From NCBI GenBank assembly GCA_041653595.1, contig JBAZFB010000004.1, positions 14,757 through 78,756 on the forward strand: 64,000 bases of DNA, in the 5' to 3' direction. Source of the DNA: Candidatus Omnitrophota bacterium. Its GTDB lineage: Bacteria > Omnitrophota > Gorgyraeia > Pluralincolimonadales > Pluralincolimonadaceae. Within the stretch, counting starts at the first letter, position 1. Every line of letters starts with the position of its first letter. The position numbers were made by a program, and so were the translations under genes. Below the pieces are notes generated by a model, which did no database searches, had not been told where the DNA came from, and was given only the letters and a program-made list of their open reading frames with translations. Below are positions 9,244 through 19,019 of the stretch, one piece after another.

Positions 9244-11370
9244 ATGAAAAATCCCCTCCCCGTCGTCCTGGCGTGCGTTTTTGTATTGGCCGCGGCCGAA
9301 GCCCACGCCTATAAGCCGGCCGCGATAAATTCGGCCATCGCTTCTTCCGAAAAAGTGGGCATGTACGGCCTGTTCGAACTTACGGTTGACCTGAGCGCCG
9401 AATACGAAAACCCGTTTGATCCCTCCCAGGTCGACCTCTCCTGCATCTTCAAATCACCGTCCGCCAAGGAAATAAAAATCCCGGGATTCCTTTACTCATC
9501 GTCAGGGAAGAGGCCGGTCTGGAAGATACGTTTCTCCCCGAATGAAGAGGGAGAGTGGGCCTATTGCGCGGCAGTCGCAGACAGGCGGTCTTCTGCCAGG
9601 TCGCCGGCCGGAAGGTTCATGTGCGTCCCGTCCGGCGCGAGCGGACCGGTGAGGGTAAGCAAGATCGATCCCTGTTATTTTGAGACCTCCGACGGAAAAT
9701 TCTTCTTCCCTGTCGGCATGAACGTCGCGTGGCTCGGTGGGGATACGCTGTATAATTACGACGGCTATTATAAGAAGATAAGCGGCAACGGCGGGAACTG
9801 GTCGCGGCTGTGGCTGTGTTCCTGGGGCCTCGGGCTTGAATGGAAGAAGGACAAGTCGTACGGCGGCCTCGGGAAATACAATCTCAGGAACGCGGACAGG
9901 ATAGATAAGATACTGGGGATGGCCGAAAAATACGGCATGCGCGTCCAGCTTACGATAAATATCCACGGCCAGTTTAGCACTTCATCAAATTCTGAGTGGG
10001 GCGTAAACCCATATAACGCCAAGAACGGCGGGCCATGCAAGTCCCCGCCGGATTTTTTTACGAACGAGGACGCAACAAAGCTCTTCAAGAACCAGCTCCG
10101 TTATATAATCGCCAGGTGGGGATACAGCCCGGCGATATTCTCGTGGGAGCTTTGGAACGAGATTGACCTGACCGACGGTTTCGACGAGGCCCGCGCCGGC
10201 GAATGGCACAAGGAGATGGCGGATTATATAAAGGGCGCGGACCCGCTCGGCCATATGATAACCACGAGTTTCTCAAAGCCGCTGGATTACTCGCTCTGGC
10301 GCGCGCCATACATCAGCTATACGCAGATCCACCAGTACAGCGACGTTATGATAGACGAGATAGTCTTCCGCGCGAAGGAGTTCCGGGAGAGGTACGGAAA
10401 GCCGGTCCTTATCGCTGAAGTAGCCAGCACCGCGAAGGAAGGGACAATAGAGCGCAGGCAGGATCCCCAGGGGATAAGGTTACATAACGCGCTCTGGTCT
10501 TCGGCCGCCTCGCCTGCAGCCGGGACCGCGATGTATTGGTGGTGGGACAGCTATATCAAGCCGCGAAACCTTTTCTACGAGCTTAGGGCGGTCTCCGGGT
10601 TTACCGCCGGCGATGACAGGCGCGGTAAAAAGTTCACGGATATCGATTACAGGATAATTTACCCCAAGGATACCTATAATACGCTCACTTTCACGCCTTA
10701 TCTCGACTGGCAGGCCTCGACCGCCTCGGAATTCATCGTGGGGAACGACGGGCGCGTCTCGGATATCGACAAACTTTCGAGGTTTTTCCAGGGCTCGGCG
10801 CACACGGACATGAAGGTCACTCCGGTATTCGCCGTAGATTATCCCGAGGACGGCTCGTTCACCCTTAATATCGACATGGTATCCGAGGGCGGGGCCAAAG
10901 CTGCCATCTGGCTTGACGACCGGATGGTCCTGGAACATATCTATAAGCCGCTCCCGAGTTATAAGCATCTCGATGACAGTTTCGAGGTCGGCGTGAGCAA
11001 GGGGAAGCACCGCATAAAGATAACCAATGACGGGCCCGATTGGTTCAGGGTCAGGAACATCTGCCTGAGCGGCTATTCCAACCCGCTCCAGGTGGTAGGT
11101 ATCCGGTCCGGCGATTCGGCGTATCTTTGGTTCAAAAACAGGGATGACACGGTCGATAACCGCAGGAAAGGCGTCAGGTATACCTGGATAGAGATACCCA
11201 GGGTCGTCATAACCGGTTTGAAGGACGGGGATTACGCAGTCGAATATTTCGATACCATCGCCGGCGGCGTGATCCGGAGCGAGAAAACCGGGTGCCGGAA
11301 CGGCAGCCTCGAGCTGGTCATACCAACCTTTACCACCGATCTGGGCTGCAAGGTCAAACTCTCCAGATAA
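9244..11370 (+). CDS. Secreted clan GH-A (GH5-like) glycoside hydrolase with N-terminal and C-terminal beta-sandwich domains. Paralog of the gene at 1..1641.
   Basis: Signal peptide MKNPLPVVLACVFVLAAAEA. An N-terminal Ig-like region (…KIPGFLYSSSGKRPVWKIRFSPNEEGEWAY) is followed by a TIM-barrel region with WELWNEID and a C-terminal beta-sandwich. The architecture resembles DUF5060+DUF4038-type putative glycosidases (unverified). Confidence 0.7.
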   Translation: MKNPLPVVLACVFVLAAAEAHAYKPAAINSAIASSEKVGMYGLFELTVDLSAEYENPFDPSQVDLSCIFKSPSAKEIKIPGFLYSSSGKRPVWKIRFSPNEEGEWAYCAAVADRRSSARSPAGRFMCVPSGASGPVRVSKIDPCYFETSDGKFFFPVGMNVAWLGGDTLYNYDGYYKKISGNGGNWSRLWLCSWGLGLEWKKDKSYGGLGKYNLRNADRIDKILGMAEKYGMRVQLTINIHGQFSTSSNSEWGVNPYNAKNGGPCKSPPDFFTNEDATKLFKNQLRYIIARWGYSPAIFSWELWNEIDLTDGFDEARAGEWHKEMADYIKGADPLGHMITTSFSKPLDYSLWRAPYISYTQIHQYSDVMIDEIVFRAKEFRERYGKPVLIAEVASTAKEGTIERRQDPQGIRLHNALWSSAASPAAGTAMYWWWDSYIKPRNLFYELRAVSGFTAGDDRRGKKFTDIDYRIIYPKDTYNTLTFTPYLDWQASTASEFIVGNDGRVSDIDKLSRFFQGSAHTDMKVTPVFAVDYPEDGSFTLNIDMVSEGGAKAAIWLDDRMVLEHIYKPLPSYKHLDDSFEVGVSKGKHRIKITNDGPDWFRVRNICLSGYSNPLQVVGIRSGDSAYLWFKNRDDTVDNRRKGVRYTWIEIPRVVITGLKDGDYAVEYFDTIAGGVIRSEKTGCRNGSLELVIPTFTTDLGCKVKLSR

Positions 11371-11372
11371 GA

Positions 11373-11386
11373 TGTTATCGGTCACA
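11373..11386 (+). promoter_or_regulatory. Putative LacI-family operator, a CG-centred 14-mer palindrome (TGTTATCGGTCACA), abutting a TTGACA -35-like hexamer (11387-11392).
   Basis: Near-palindrome with a central CG, as in the LacI/CcpA consensus TGnnAnCGnTnnCA. A nearly identical 14-mer (TGTTATCGGTAACA) precedes the second LacI gene at 19969-19982. Confidence 0.5.
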
Positions 11387-11438
11387 TTGACAAAAGGCCG
11401 TTCGTATGGTAACCTTTCTTTTAGAGGTATGCTAATCA

Positions 11439-12464
11439 ATGAAACGTTTCGATAAATCCAGTATAACGATAAAAGACGTGGCAAAACGGGCGGGGGTCGC
11501 TCACTCAACCGTCTCTCTTGTTATGAACGACCGTGAACACGTGTCGCCGAAGCTGCGCGAACGTATCCTTAAGATCGCCAAAGAGATGGGCTATATGCCC
11601 AACCTGGTCGCGCGCAGCCTTATCAGCAAGAAATCGTCCACCGTAGGGGTGGTATTCCCCGAGAACCCGCATTTCTTCACCATAACGTACTTCCTTATGA
11701 TAATAGAGGGCATACAGAACGCCTGTAAGAAATACGACAGGGCGCTCATGTTCTTCAGCCTCGACCAGACCAAAGGCGAGTCGTATTACCAGATATCCCG
11801 CAAATGGCTTATCGACCTCATGGTCATCCTGAACGTCGATTACACAAGAGATATCTCCAAAGACATCCGCGACCTAAAAGACAACGGCATAGCCTTCTCT
11901 TTAGTGACAAAATATAACGGCAAAGAAAAGGTCAACTCGGTCTGCGTCGATAATTTCGAGGGCGTGAGATTGGCCCTGGAATATCTGGCCTCGCAAGGCC
12001 ACAAGCGCGTCGGGTTCATAAGCGGCAACCCGAACTCGGCAGACGGCCCCGAAAGGCTGCAGGCGTTCAAGGTCCTATCCAAAAAGATGGGCTTTGACCA
12101 GGACGAGGAGCTTATCGTCTACGGCGATTTCACGTTCGAGAGCGGCGAGAGGGAGGTCCCGAAGCTCCTGGGGCTCAAGAAACGCCCCACCGCGATATTC
12201 GCGGCGAGCGATTATATGGCCATCGGCGCGATGCGCGTCATGAAAGCGCAGGGTATCTCTATACCCAAAGACATGGCGTTGATGGGGTTCGATAATACCC
12301 TCGAGGTCGCTTATGTCGAACCCCCGCTGACGACGATAAGGCAGCCTCTCCAGGAGATGGGAGAGAAGGCGGTCGACCTCGCAGTCCGCTCCATGAACGA
12401 CGAGAATTTTGAACCCCAGATGGCAGTGATAAAACCCGAACTCATCAAGAGGCAATCATGCTGA
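11439..12464 (+). CDS. LacI-family transcriptional regulator.
   Basis: N-terminal HTH 'ITIKDVAKRAGVAHSTVSLVMND…SPKLRERILKIAKEMGYMPNLVARSL' followed by a periplasmic-binding-protein-like sugar-binding domain. Overlaps the start of the GH2 gene by 7 nt. Confidence 0.9.
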   Translation: MKRFDKSSITIKDVAKRAGVAHSTVSLVMNDREHVSPKLRERILKIAKEMGYMPNLVARSLISKKSSTVGVVFPENPHFFTITYFLMIIEGIQNACKKYDRALMFFSLDQTKGESYYQISRKWLIDLMVILNVDYTRDISKDIRDLKDNGIAFSLVTKYNGKEKVNSVCVDNFEGVRLALEYLASQGHKRVGFISGNPNSADGPERLQAFKVLSKKMGFDQDEELIVYGDFTFESGEREVPKLLGLKKRPTAIFAASDYMAIGAMRVMKAQGISIPKDMALMGFDNTLEVAYVEPPLTTIRQPLQEMGEKAVDLAVRSMNDENFEPQMAVIKPELIKRQSC

Positions 12465-15400
12465 AAAAAACCTTCCCGTATTTTGCGATAGCGGTCTTCC
12501 TGACGTGCGCGTTCGCGCCTGCGCAGGTGTATCCCGCCCAGGACGCGGGACCCGGGGTCCAGCCCCCCACATTCGAGGTAAAAGAGATAGACGGCCTGTA
12601 TCTCCCGTTCCAGAACGGGATACCTTTCCCGTCATGGGAGAGGCAGGACCGCCCTTACATTGAATTGGACGGCTCATGGAGGTCCGAACGGCAGGGCGTC
12701 GACCACAAACTTACGCTTTACAAGAGGACGCCGGAGACCTTAAAACTCCTCGAAGAAGAGAGCGCCGGCAGGTATAAGGCCGATTACGACGACAGCGCGT
12801 GGAAAGAGAAGCCTGTCCCGGGCGTCGAGGACCCGGCCCCTGACAGGTATATGGACGGGGCATGGTACAGGAGGCATTTCACAGTCCCGGCCGACGCGTC
12901 CGGCAAGTACGTTAAGCTCATGTTCGAGGCCGCGAATTATTTTACGGATGTGTGGATCAACGGCAAATGGATAGGCTGCCATGAAGGCGGCTATACGCCG
13001 TTCGCGTTCGATATAAGCCAATACCTTAACTATGGGCAGGATAATGTCATAGCCGTCCGCGTAGATAATATCCCGTGGCTCCCCAACGGAGACGCCTCGT
13101 CCGAAGCGCTCAGTACCAACGACCATAACATAGTCCCTTACGTTACAGGCGACTGGTGGAATTACGGCGGGATAACAAGGAGCGTATATATAGAGATATC
13201 TCCGCCGGTCTCTATTGTCCGCGCCGACATAAAACCGAAACTGGTCAACGAGAAAGATTCCGAACTGACGATAGATGTGACCGTTTATAACCGGAGCGAT
13301 GCCGAATTCGATTCATCCCTTGCCCTCAAGATCGTCCAGGCCAATGTGAAGGACGACAACTTAGAGGAAGCGTCTGTAAAGAAGATAGCTACAGGCAGGA
13401 CCGTCTCCCTGGAAGGCGAAACCTCCAAACAGGTAACGTTGAAGGCGGGCGAGGCGAAGGTGTTCAGGTTCTCGCTGAAATCGGGCGGGCTCAAACCCTG
13501 GTCGCCGGAGTCGCCTAACCTTTACGTGTTACGGGTAACCCTCGGGGACAGGAAAGCAAGATCGGGCGAGCTCTACACCCAGTTCGGCGTCAGGGAGGTA
13601 AGCGTAGATAAAGCCAACGCTAAACTGCTCCTGAACGGCAAAGAGATATTCCTCCGCGGTATCGCGCGCCATGAAGTATTTTACGGAGAGCCCGGCCCGC
13701 TGGTTTACGGCCCGGCCGCGGTCACGGCGGATTTCAAGTACATAAAGGACGCCAACGCGAATTTCGTCAGGACGGCCCATTATCCCAACCAGCAGCAGAC
13801 CTACACTATCGCCGACAGGATGGGGCTTCTCGTATGGGAGGAGATACCCATGTTCTGGTTCACCGGGCCGGAGTTCCTCATCCAGAAAAACGTCCGGGGC
13901 ATCGGAAGGCAAATGTGGTTCGAGATGATATACCGCGATTATAACAGGCCGTCGGTCATAATCTGGGGCGCGTGCAACGAATGCAGCTGGCAGGGGGAGA
14001 GGGCCGCTTTTATAAAAGACCTGCGGGAGAACGCTTATAAGGTCGACGGGACCCGGCTTGTAGCGCAGTCAGCCTCGGGAAGCGATCCTACCGACGCCAC
14101 CCAGAAGGAATGCGATATCATAGGGTTTACGACTTATTACGGTATATTCTACGGCAACTCGTATTTTGCCGATACGAAAGAAGCGCTCAGGAAGACCCAT
14201 GAAGCTTTTCCGGACAAACCGGTCATATCCACCGAATACGGCGTCTGGGCCCGTTACGGGGACCTTGCCCAGGAAGCGTCGCAGGTCGAAGTGGCGAAAG
14301 ATACCTTCAAGGCTTTCAGGGACTTCCCGTTCGTCGCCGGCGCGACATGGTGGACGATCGCGGATTGGCACACGATGATCAACGAGCCGGAGGTTATGGG
14401 CACTATGACGATCGACAGGAAATTCCAGAAGCCGGTATATTTCCAGCTGCAGCGGCAATATGCCTCGCTTTTAGGCGACCTGGCGGTCGAGCTTAAAGAA
14501 CCGAAGGAAGAAGCGGTCTTGCAGGGAAAAGCCGGTATATCGGCCGAGATAAAAGGGGAAGAAAAGCCCGAGGCGGTGGAACTGATGGTAGAAGGGAAAC
14601 TCTTGGGCCGGCTATACCAGAAGAAAGACCTTTACCGGATGGAATTGGACACGTCAAAACTTCCGGAAGGCAAACATATGCTTATCGTCCGCGCGACCGG
14701 CAAGAAGAGTTATTATGTCTCCGGTTTCGTCCGGGTCATCGTAGATAATATAGACGAACTTCCTGCGGTCACTGTCAATCTCAAAGATAACGACGCAGTT
14801 ATAGGCAAAGTCTCGCTGAAGGCCGTCGCGGCCGACGACAGGGGCATCGCCTCGGTCACTTATTCCGTCGACGGGGGAGAGCCCAAGCAGATGGAAGGCA
14901 TAGGCGAGGGAAACTACCAGGCGGTATGGGACGCCTCGCAGCTTCCCGACGGCTCTACTCATGATATTAAATTCATAGTGACGGACACGGGCAGCCAGAC
15001 CTCCGGGGCAACGGCCAAAGTAACTATCGATAATAAGCCGGGCAAGTATGCGGAGTTGCCGTTCGACCACGACTGGATCTCATGGAACACAAGCCGCAAT
15101 GACGGGACCGGCTATGACTTCCCGGCGGAGGAACTGCCGGACTCGAATTCCGAGTTCATATTCAACGGCGCGGAAAAGGTAAAGTTCAAATTCGGCGACA
15201 AGGCCGACGGCCAAAAGAACACCGTCGAATGCGGCAGGCAAAAGATAGCTTTCCCGCCCGGGTATTATACGAAAGTATATATTCTTGGCAGCATGCATGA
15301 CGGCGGTTCGAAACAGACGTTCGTCCTGAACTACACCGACGGGACATCGGCGAAGATCGTGACAGGTTTTTCAGACTGGTGGGGCGGCAATCCCATCTAC

Positions 15401-17011
15401 GGCGAAGAAGCAGCCGTAGTGACGACGTACCATCATGAATCGGCCGGCGACAGGAAGCCCGGCGTGGCGCTTTATATGCAGACGCTCGAGCCGGACAAGA
15501 GCAAGATCCTCTCTTCGATCACCCTGCCCGCGGACAAGAGATTGAATATATTCGCGATCACCCTTGAGGGGGAGGCCTCTAACATTCCCTTGCCCGAGCC
15601 CGCTATAAGTAAGCCCGGGCCCAACTCATCGGTGGGCGGCGCCGTAAAGATCGCGGCGGAGGACAAGCAGGAAAATATAGCGAAGATCGATTATTCCGTG
15701 GACGGGGGAGAGTGGATGCCGATGTCGCCTTCGGCCGCAGGGACTTATACCGCCGAATGGGACACGTCAAAAGTGCCGGGGATAAATCATACGATAAGCG
15801 TAAAGGCGACCGATAAGATCGGGCAGATAAATATAAAAAGCATAGACGTGAGGGTCGTAAATAAGGTCACCATAGTATTCCCGTTCGACGGCGCCAGCAT
15901 ATATAAAATGGCTACTCTTATGGTCGAGCCGAGGGCCAACACGGAAGTCGATAAACTGGAGTATTCAATCGATAACGGCCGGTTTATCGAGATGACGCCG
16001 AATATGGGGCTCTACACGGCCGAGTGGAAGATAGACGAGGGGTATAAGCCCGGCTCAAGCCATACGCTGATGGTCAGGGAGAACGAGAAAGGCGGCGGGG
16101 TCACGATAGACACGGTCAAGGTAACGGCCGATACCGTCAAGATAATGATAGCGGAGCCGGTCAAGGGCCATACGATAAAGGTCGACAAGAACATAAGGGA
16201 CTGGGTAGGCACCGCGCCGGCCCAGGAGAATACGGCGACTATCAGCGGAGGCGAATATATCTGGGAAGACGCCAAAGGCGACGATACCGGAAACGGGCAT
16301 TACACTTATCCGACTAATAAAGCGCTGACTAAAGGCGCCGACCTTAGGGAATTCAGGGCCACATGGGACAACGAGAACCTGTACCTGATGATAAAATGCG
16401 ACCGGCCCGGGGATTTCTGGACGCCTTACAGGATAATAGGCATAGACCAGGACGGCGCTAAAGGCGGCAAGGGCGGCACGCAGGTCCTTGCCCAGGGCGA
16501 CGGGGACCAGGATACCGGCTGTTACGGTAATCTTAAGGTCTCGCCGGATTTGGCGTGCGAATATGTGATAGGGATATTCAATTCCTACAAGGGCCGGATC
16601 TGGGACGCGAAGGGGAGAACTATCGCCCGCAAAGAAGGAGATAGCAACGATACGCAGGGGTTCATGATCGACGACGCCAACTGGAACTCGGTCGAGGTCG
16701 CTATTCCTTTGAAACTCATCGGCGGAAGCCCTGCGGGCCATACGTGGAGGTTCGTTGTGGGGACCGGCCAGCAGGACAACGGAATTTTCAGGAAAGTGGA
16801 TAAGGACGTGTCCGAGTGGCACGGCGGCGGGGGCGAGGCGAACAGCTCGAACCCGTACACTTACGACCTGGCAAGCCCGGACAGGAAGACGCAGGAATAT
16901 GAGTTGAACAGCTACAAGAAGGACGGGGACTCTTCGGACCCGTCGACGTTCGCGGTAATAAACAGATCTTATCTTGCGGTCACTTTCAGCGACGAGGCAA
17001 AGTCCCCGTAA
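12458..17011 (+). CDS. GH2 glycoside hydrolase (beta-glucuronidase/beta-mannosidase/beta-galactosidase-like) fused to Ig-like repeats and a C-terminal CBM9/DOMON-like module.
   Basis: Signal peptide. GH2 sugar-binding domain (…YFTDVWINGKWIGCHEGGYTPFAFDISQYL…). GH2 TIM barrel with acid/base 'IIWGACNECS' and nucleophile 'PVISTEYGV'. The last ~300 aa (from ~nt 16165) are paralogous to the three downstream stand-alone proteins. Confidence 0.85.
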   Translation: MLKKTFPYFAIAVFLTCAFAPAQVYPAQDAGPGVQPPTFEVKEIDGLYLPFQNGIPFPSWERQDRPYIELDGSWRSERQGVDHKLTLYKRTPETLKLLEEESAGRYKADYDDSAWKEKPVPGVEDPAPDRYMDGAWYRRHFTVPADASGKYVKLMFEAANYFTDVWINGKWIGCHEGGYTPFAFDISQYLNYGQDNVIAVRVDNIPWLPNGDASSEALSTNDHNIVPYVTGDWWNYGGITRSVYIEISPPVSIVRADIKPKLVNEKDSELTIDVTVYNRSDAEFDSSLALKIVQANVKDDNLEEASVKKIATGRTVSLEGETSKQVTLKAGEAKVFRFSLKSGGLKPWSPESPNLYVLRVTLGDRKARSGELYTQFGVREVSVDKANAKLLLNGKEIFLRGIARHEVFYGEPGPLVYGPAAVTADFKYIKDANANFVRTAHYPNQQQTYTIADRMGLLVWEEIPMFWFTGPEFLIQKNVRGIGRQMWFEMIYRDYNRPSVIIWGACNECSWQGERAAFIKDLRENAYKVDGTRLVAQSASGSDPTDATQKECDIIGFTTYYGIFYGNSYFADTKEALRKTHEAFPDKPVISTEYGVWARYGDLAQEASQVEVAKDTFKAFRDFPFVAGATWWTIADWHTMINEPEVMGTMTIDRKFQKPVYFQLQRQYASLLGDLAVELKEPKEEAVLQGKAGISAEIKGEEKPEAVELMVEGKLLGRLYQKKDLYRMELDTSKLPEGKHMLIVRATGKKSYYVSGFVRVIVDNIDELPAVTVNLKDNDAVIGKVSLKAVAADDRGIASVTYSVDGGEPKQMEGIGEGNYQAVWDASQLPDGSTHDIKFIVTDTGSQTSGATAKVTIDNKPGKYAELPFDHDWISWNTSRNDGTGYDFPAEELPDSNSEFIFNGAEKVKFKFGDKADGQKNTVECGRQKIAFPPGYYTKVYILGSMHDGGSKQTFVLNYTDGTSAKIVTGFSDWWGGNPIYGEEAAVVTTYHHESAGDRKPGVALYMQTLEPDKSKILSSITLPADKRLNIFAITLEGEASNIPLPEPAISKPGPNSSVGGAVKIAAEDKQENIAKIDYSVDGGEWMPMSPSAAGTYTAEWDTSKVPGINHTISVKATDKIGQINIKSIDVRVVNKVTIVFPFDGASIYKMATLMVEPRANTEVDKLEYSIDNGRFIEMTPNMGLYTAEWKIDEGYKPGSSHTLMVRENEKGGGVTIDTVKVTADTVKIMIAEPVKGHTIKVDKNIRDWVGTAPAQENTATISGGEYIWEDAKGDDTGNGHYTYPTNKALTKGADLREFRATWDNENLYLMIKCDRPGDFWTPYRIIGIDQDGAKGGKGGTQVLAQGDGDQDTGCYGNLKVSPDLACEYVIGIFNSYKGRIWDAKGRTIARKEGDSNDTQGFMIDDANWNSVEVAIPLKLIGGSPAGHTWRFVVGTGQQDNGIFRKVDKDVSEWHGGGGEANSSNPYTYDLASPDRKTQEYELNSYKKDGDSSDPSTFAVINRSYLAVTFSDEAKSP

Positions 17012-17060
17012 AGGGGGAGCGAAAAAGTAATTAAACCGGTACAAAAAGGAGGGCGGTAAA

Positions 17061-17966
17061 ATGGGTAAAGTGGCGGTGCTGTTAGCGGTCGGATTGGTCT
17101 TTTCGTCTGTCTGTTTCGCCGAGGATGCGGTCACAGGGCATACTATCGCGGTCGACAAAAATATAAAGGACTGGACCGGCGTTGCTCCGGAGCAGGAGAA
17201 CTCGGCAGCGGTAAGTAACGGCGAGTATATCTGGAAGGATGCCGCCGGCGACGATACGGGAAACGGGAAATACACTTATCCTTTGGATAAAGCGCTCAAG
17301 AAGGGCGCGGACCTGAAGGAGTTCAGGGTCACGTTCGACAAGGAGAACCTTTATATCCTGATCAAGACCGACAGGCCCGGAGACTGGTGGACCGGCTACA
17401 AGGTAATAGGGATACACAAGGAAGGCGTAGAGGGCGGCACGCAGGTCCTGGCCCAGGGCGATCCCGACGAATTAAATTTTGATTCGGGCACTTTCGCCAA
17501 CCTGAAGGCCGCGCCGGCGTTATCCTGCCAGTATGTGGTGGCGGTCTCCTCGACTTACAAAGGCCGTATCTATGACGAGAAAGGCAAGATGATAGCGCGC
17601 AAAGAAGCGCAACCGGATGATACAGCCGGGTTCAAGGTTGACGATTTCAACTGGAACGCGGTAGAGATAGCGATCCCGTTAAGCCTCATCGGCGGAAGCC
17701 CGGCGGGCCAGACATGGAAGTTCATTGTGGCAGTCGGACAGCAGGATAACGATATTGCCCGTAAGGTACTTGTCGAACAGAGCCAGTATAACGGCGGCGG
17801 CGGGGCCGAGAACGGCGAAAATCCGAGCGCATATGACCTCGCAGGCGCCGATAAGGCTACGCAGGAGAAAGATCTCGGAAGTTATGATCCTAACGCGTCA
17901 GAGGGTGACCTGAAAGGGTTAGCGACGATCGAGAAGTCGTTCTTGACCGTTAATTTCGCGAAATAA
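17061..17966 (+). CDS. Secreted CBM9/DOMON-like carbohydrate-binding domain protein (stand-alone paralog 1).
   Basis: RBS aaaaaggagggcggtaaaATG. Signal peptide. Shares GEYIWKDAAGDDTGNGKYTYP, EFRVTFDKENLYILIKTDRPGDWW, NWNAVEIAIPLSLIGGSPAG and QQDN…GGGG motifs with the GH2 C-terminus. The 'WD..NLY' and 'VE.AIP' pattern is reminiscent of CBM9. Confidence 0.8.
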   Translation: MGKVAVLLAVGLVFSSVCFAEDAVTGHTIAVDKNIKDWTGVAPEQENSAAVSNGEYIWKDAAGDDTGNGKYTYPLDKALKKGADLKEFRVTFDKENLYILIKTDRPGDWWTGYKVIGIHKEGVEGGTQVLAQGDPDELNFDSGTFANLKAAPALSCQYVVAVSSTYKGRIYDEKGKMIARKEAQPDDTAGFKVDDFNWNAVEIAIPLSLIGGSPAGQTWKFIVAVGQQDNDIARKVLVEQSQYNGGGGAENGENPSAYDLAGADKATQEKDLGSYDPNASEGDLKGLATIEKSFLTVNFAK

Positions 17967-17999
17967 GCCCGGCTCATCGTAAACAGGAAGGGCAGACAT

Positions 18000-19019
18000 A
18001 TGAAAAGAGTCCCCTACTTTCTTTTTTATATGTTCGTAGCGATGAGCGCCATCTTTTTTATGGATCAACGGATGGCAGGCGCTTTTTCCGGCCATCCGGT
18101 CCTTGTCGGCGGCGCGACCAACGATTGGATCGGGACGGCGCCGTCCGAACCCAACAGCTGGACGATAAGCGGCGGGGAATATATATGGAAGGACGGCGTG
18201 GGCGATGATACCGGTAACGGCAGTTATACCTATCCTCTCCAGAAGGCCCTGAAAGGCGGATGCGACCTAAGGGAGTTCAGGCTTACCTACGACGACAAGA
18301 ACCTCTACTTATTGATAAAATGCGACCGGCCCGGGGATTTCTGGCCCCCTTTAAGGATAATAGGGATACATAAAGAGGGAATGGTGGGCGGAATGACCGT
18401 CCTGGCGCAGGGCGATGCGAATGAACCGAATTTTGATAAAGGAGTTTCCGCCAACCTGAAGGTCGCGCCCGAGTTAGCCTGCCAATACGTGATCGCTATA
18501 TCATCCTCCGCATATAAGGGCCGGATATGGGATGCCGAAGGAAAACTTGTTGCCCGGAAAGAGGGCGAAAAGAACGATACTCCCGGTTTTAAAGTGGAAG
18601 GCGTAAATTGGAATCATGTCGAAGCCGCGATACCGCTGGAGCTGATAGGCGGCAGTCCGGCGGGACAGGTGTGGAAGGTCATTATCGCCATAGGCCAGCA
18701 GGATTTTGATGTCGCGCGCAAGATAGACGTGGACGCGAGCGAATGGAACGGCGGCGGCGGCGCGCCGAACAATTCCAATCCGTATATCTATGACCTGGCC
18801 GGCGCCGATAAAGAGACGCAGGAGAAAGAATTGGGAAGCTATAACCTTAATGCGCCGTTCGGGGATCCCGACGGATTCGCCGTTATAGCGAAATCATTCC
18901 TGAAAATCGATTTCAGCAATGAGGGTCCCGGTAAATTATCAAGGAGGGGTGAAAATGGCACGGAAACCGGTTTTTTATCTGGCGTTGGCGTCTTTTTTCC
19001 TGCTCTGCTCTCACGCTGA
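18000..19019 (+). CDS. Secreted CBM9/DOMON-like carbohydrate-binding domain protein (paralog 2). Its 3' end overlaps the next paralog.
   Basis: Same motif set (GEYIWKDGVGDDTGNGSYTYP, LIKCDRPGDFW, VEAAIPLELIGGSPAG). Other family members stop right after the '…F(S/A)' motif. This ORF reads ~35 codons further (…SNEGPGKLSRRGENGTETGFLSGVGVFFPALLSR) into the next gene in another frame. Confidence 0.7.
   Translation: MKRVPYFLFYMFVAMSAIFFMDQRMAGAFSGHPVLVGGATNDWIGTAPSEPNSWTISGGEYIWKDGVGDDTGNGSYTYPLQKALKGGCDLREFRLTYDDKNLYLLIKCDRPGDFWPPLRIIGIHKEGMVGGMTVLAQGDANEPNFDKGVSANLKVAPELACQYVIAISSSAYKGRIWDAEGKLVARKEGEKNDTPGFKVEGVNWNHVEAAIPLELIGGSPAGQVWKVIIAIGQQDFDVARKIDVDASEWNGGGGAPNNSNPYIYDLAGADKETQEKELGSYNLNAPFGDPDGFAVIAKSFLKIDFSNEGPGKLSRRGENGTETGFLSGVGVFFPALLSR

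Noticed and set aside
8512-9306. 264-aa minus-strand ORF opposite the second permease
   Set aside because: Antisense shadow ORF. Arg/Glu/Tyr-rich and no motifs.
10480-11508. 342-aa minus-strand ORF opposite GH5-like gene 2
   Set aside because: Antisense to a gene with a conserved paralog. Proline/arginine-rich composition.
16055-17275. 406-aa minus-strand ORF spanning the GH2 3' end and CBM9-like paralog 1
   Set aside because: Crosses a gene boundary and an intergenic RBS on the opposite strand. Low-complexity.
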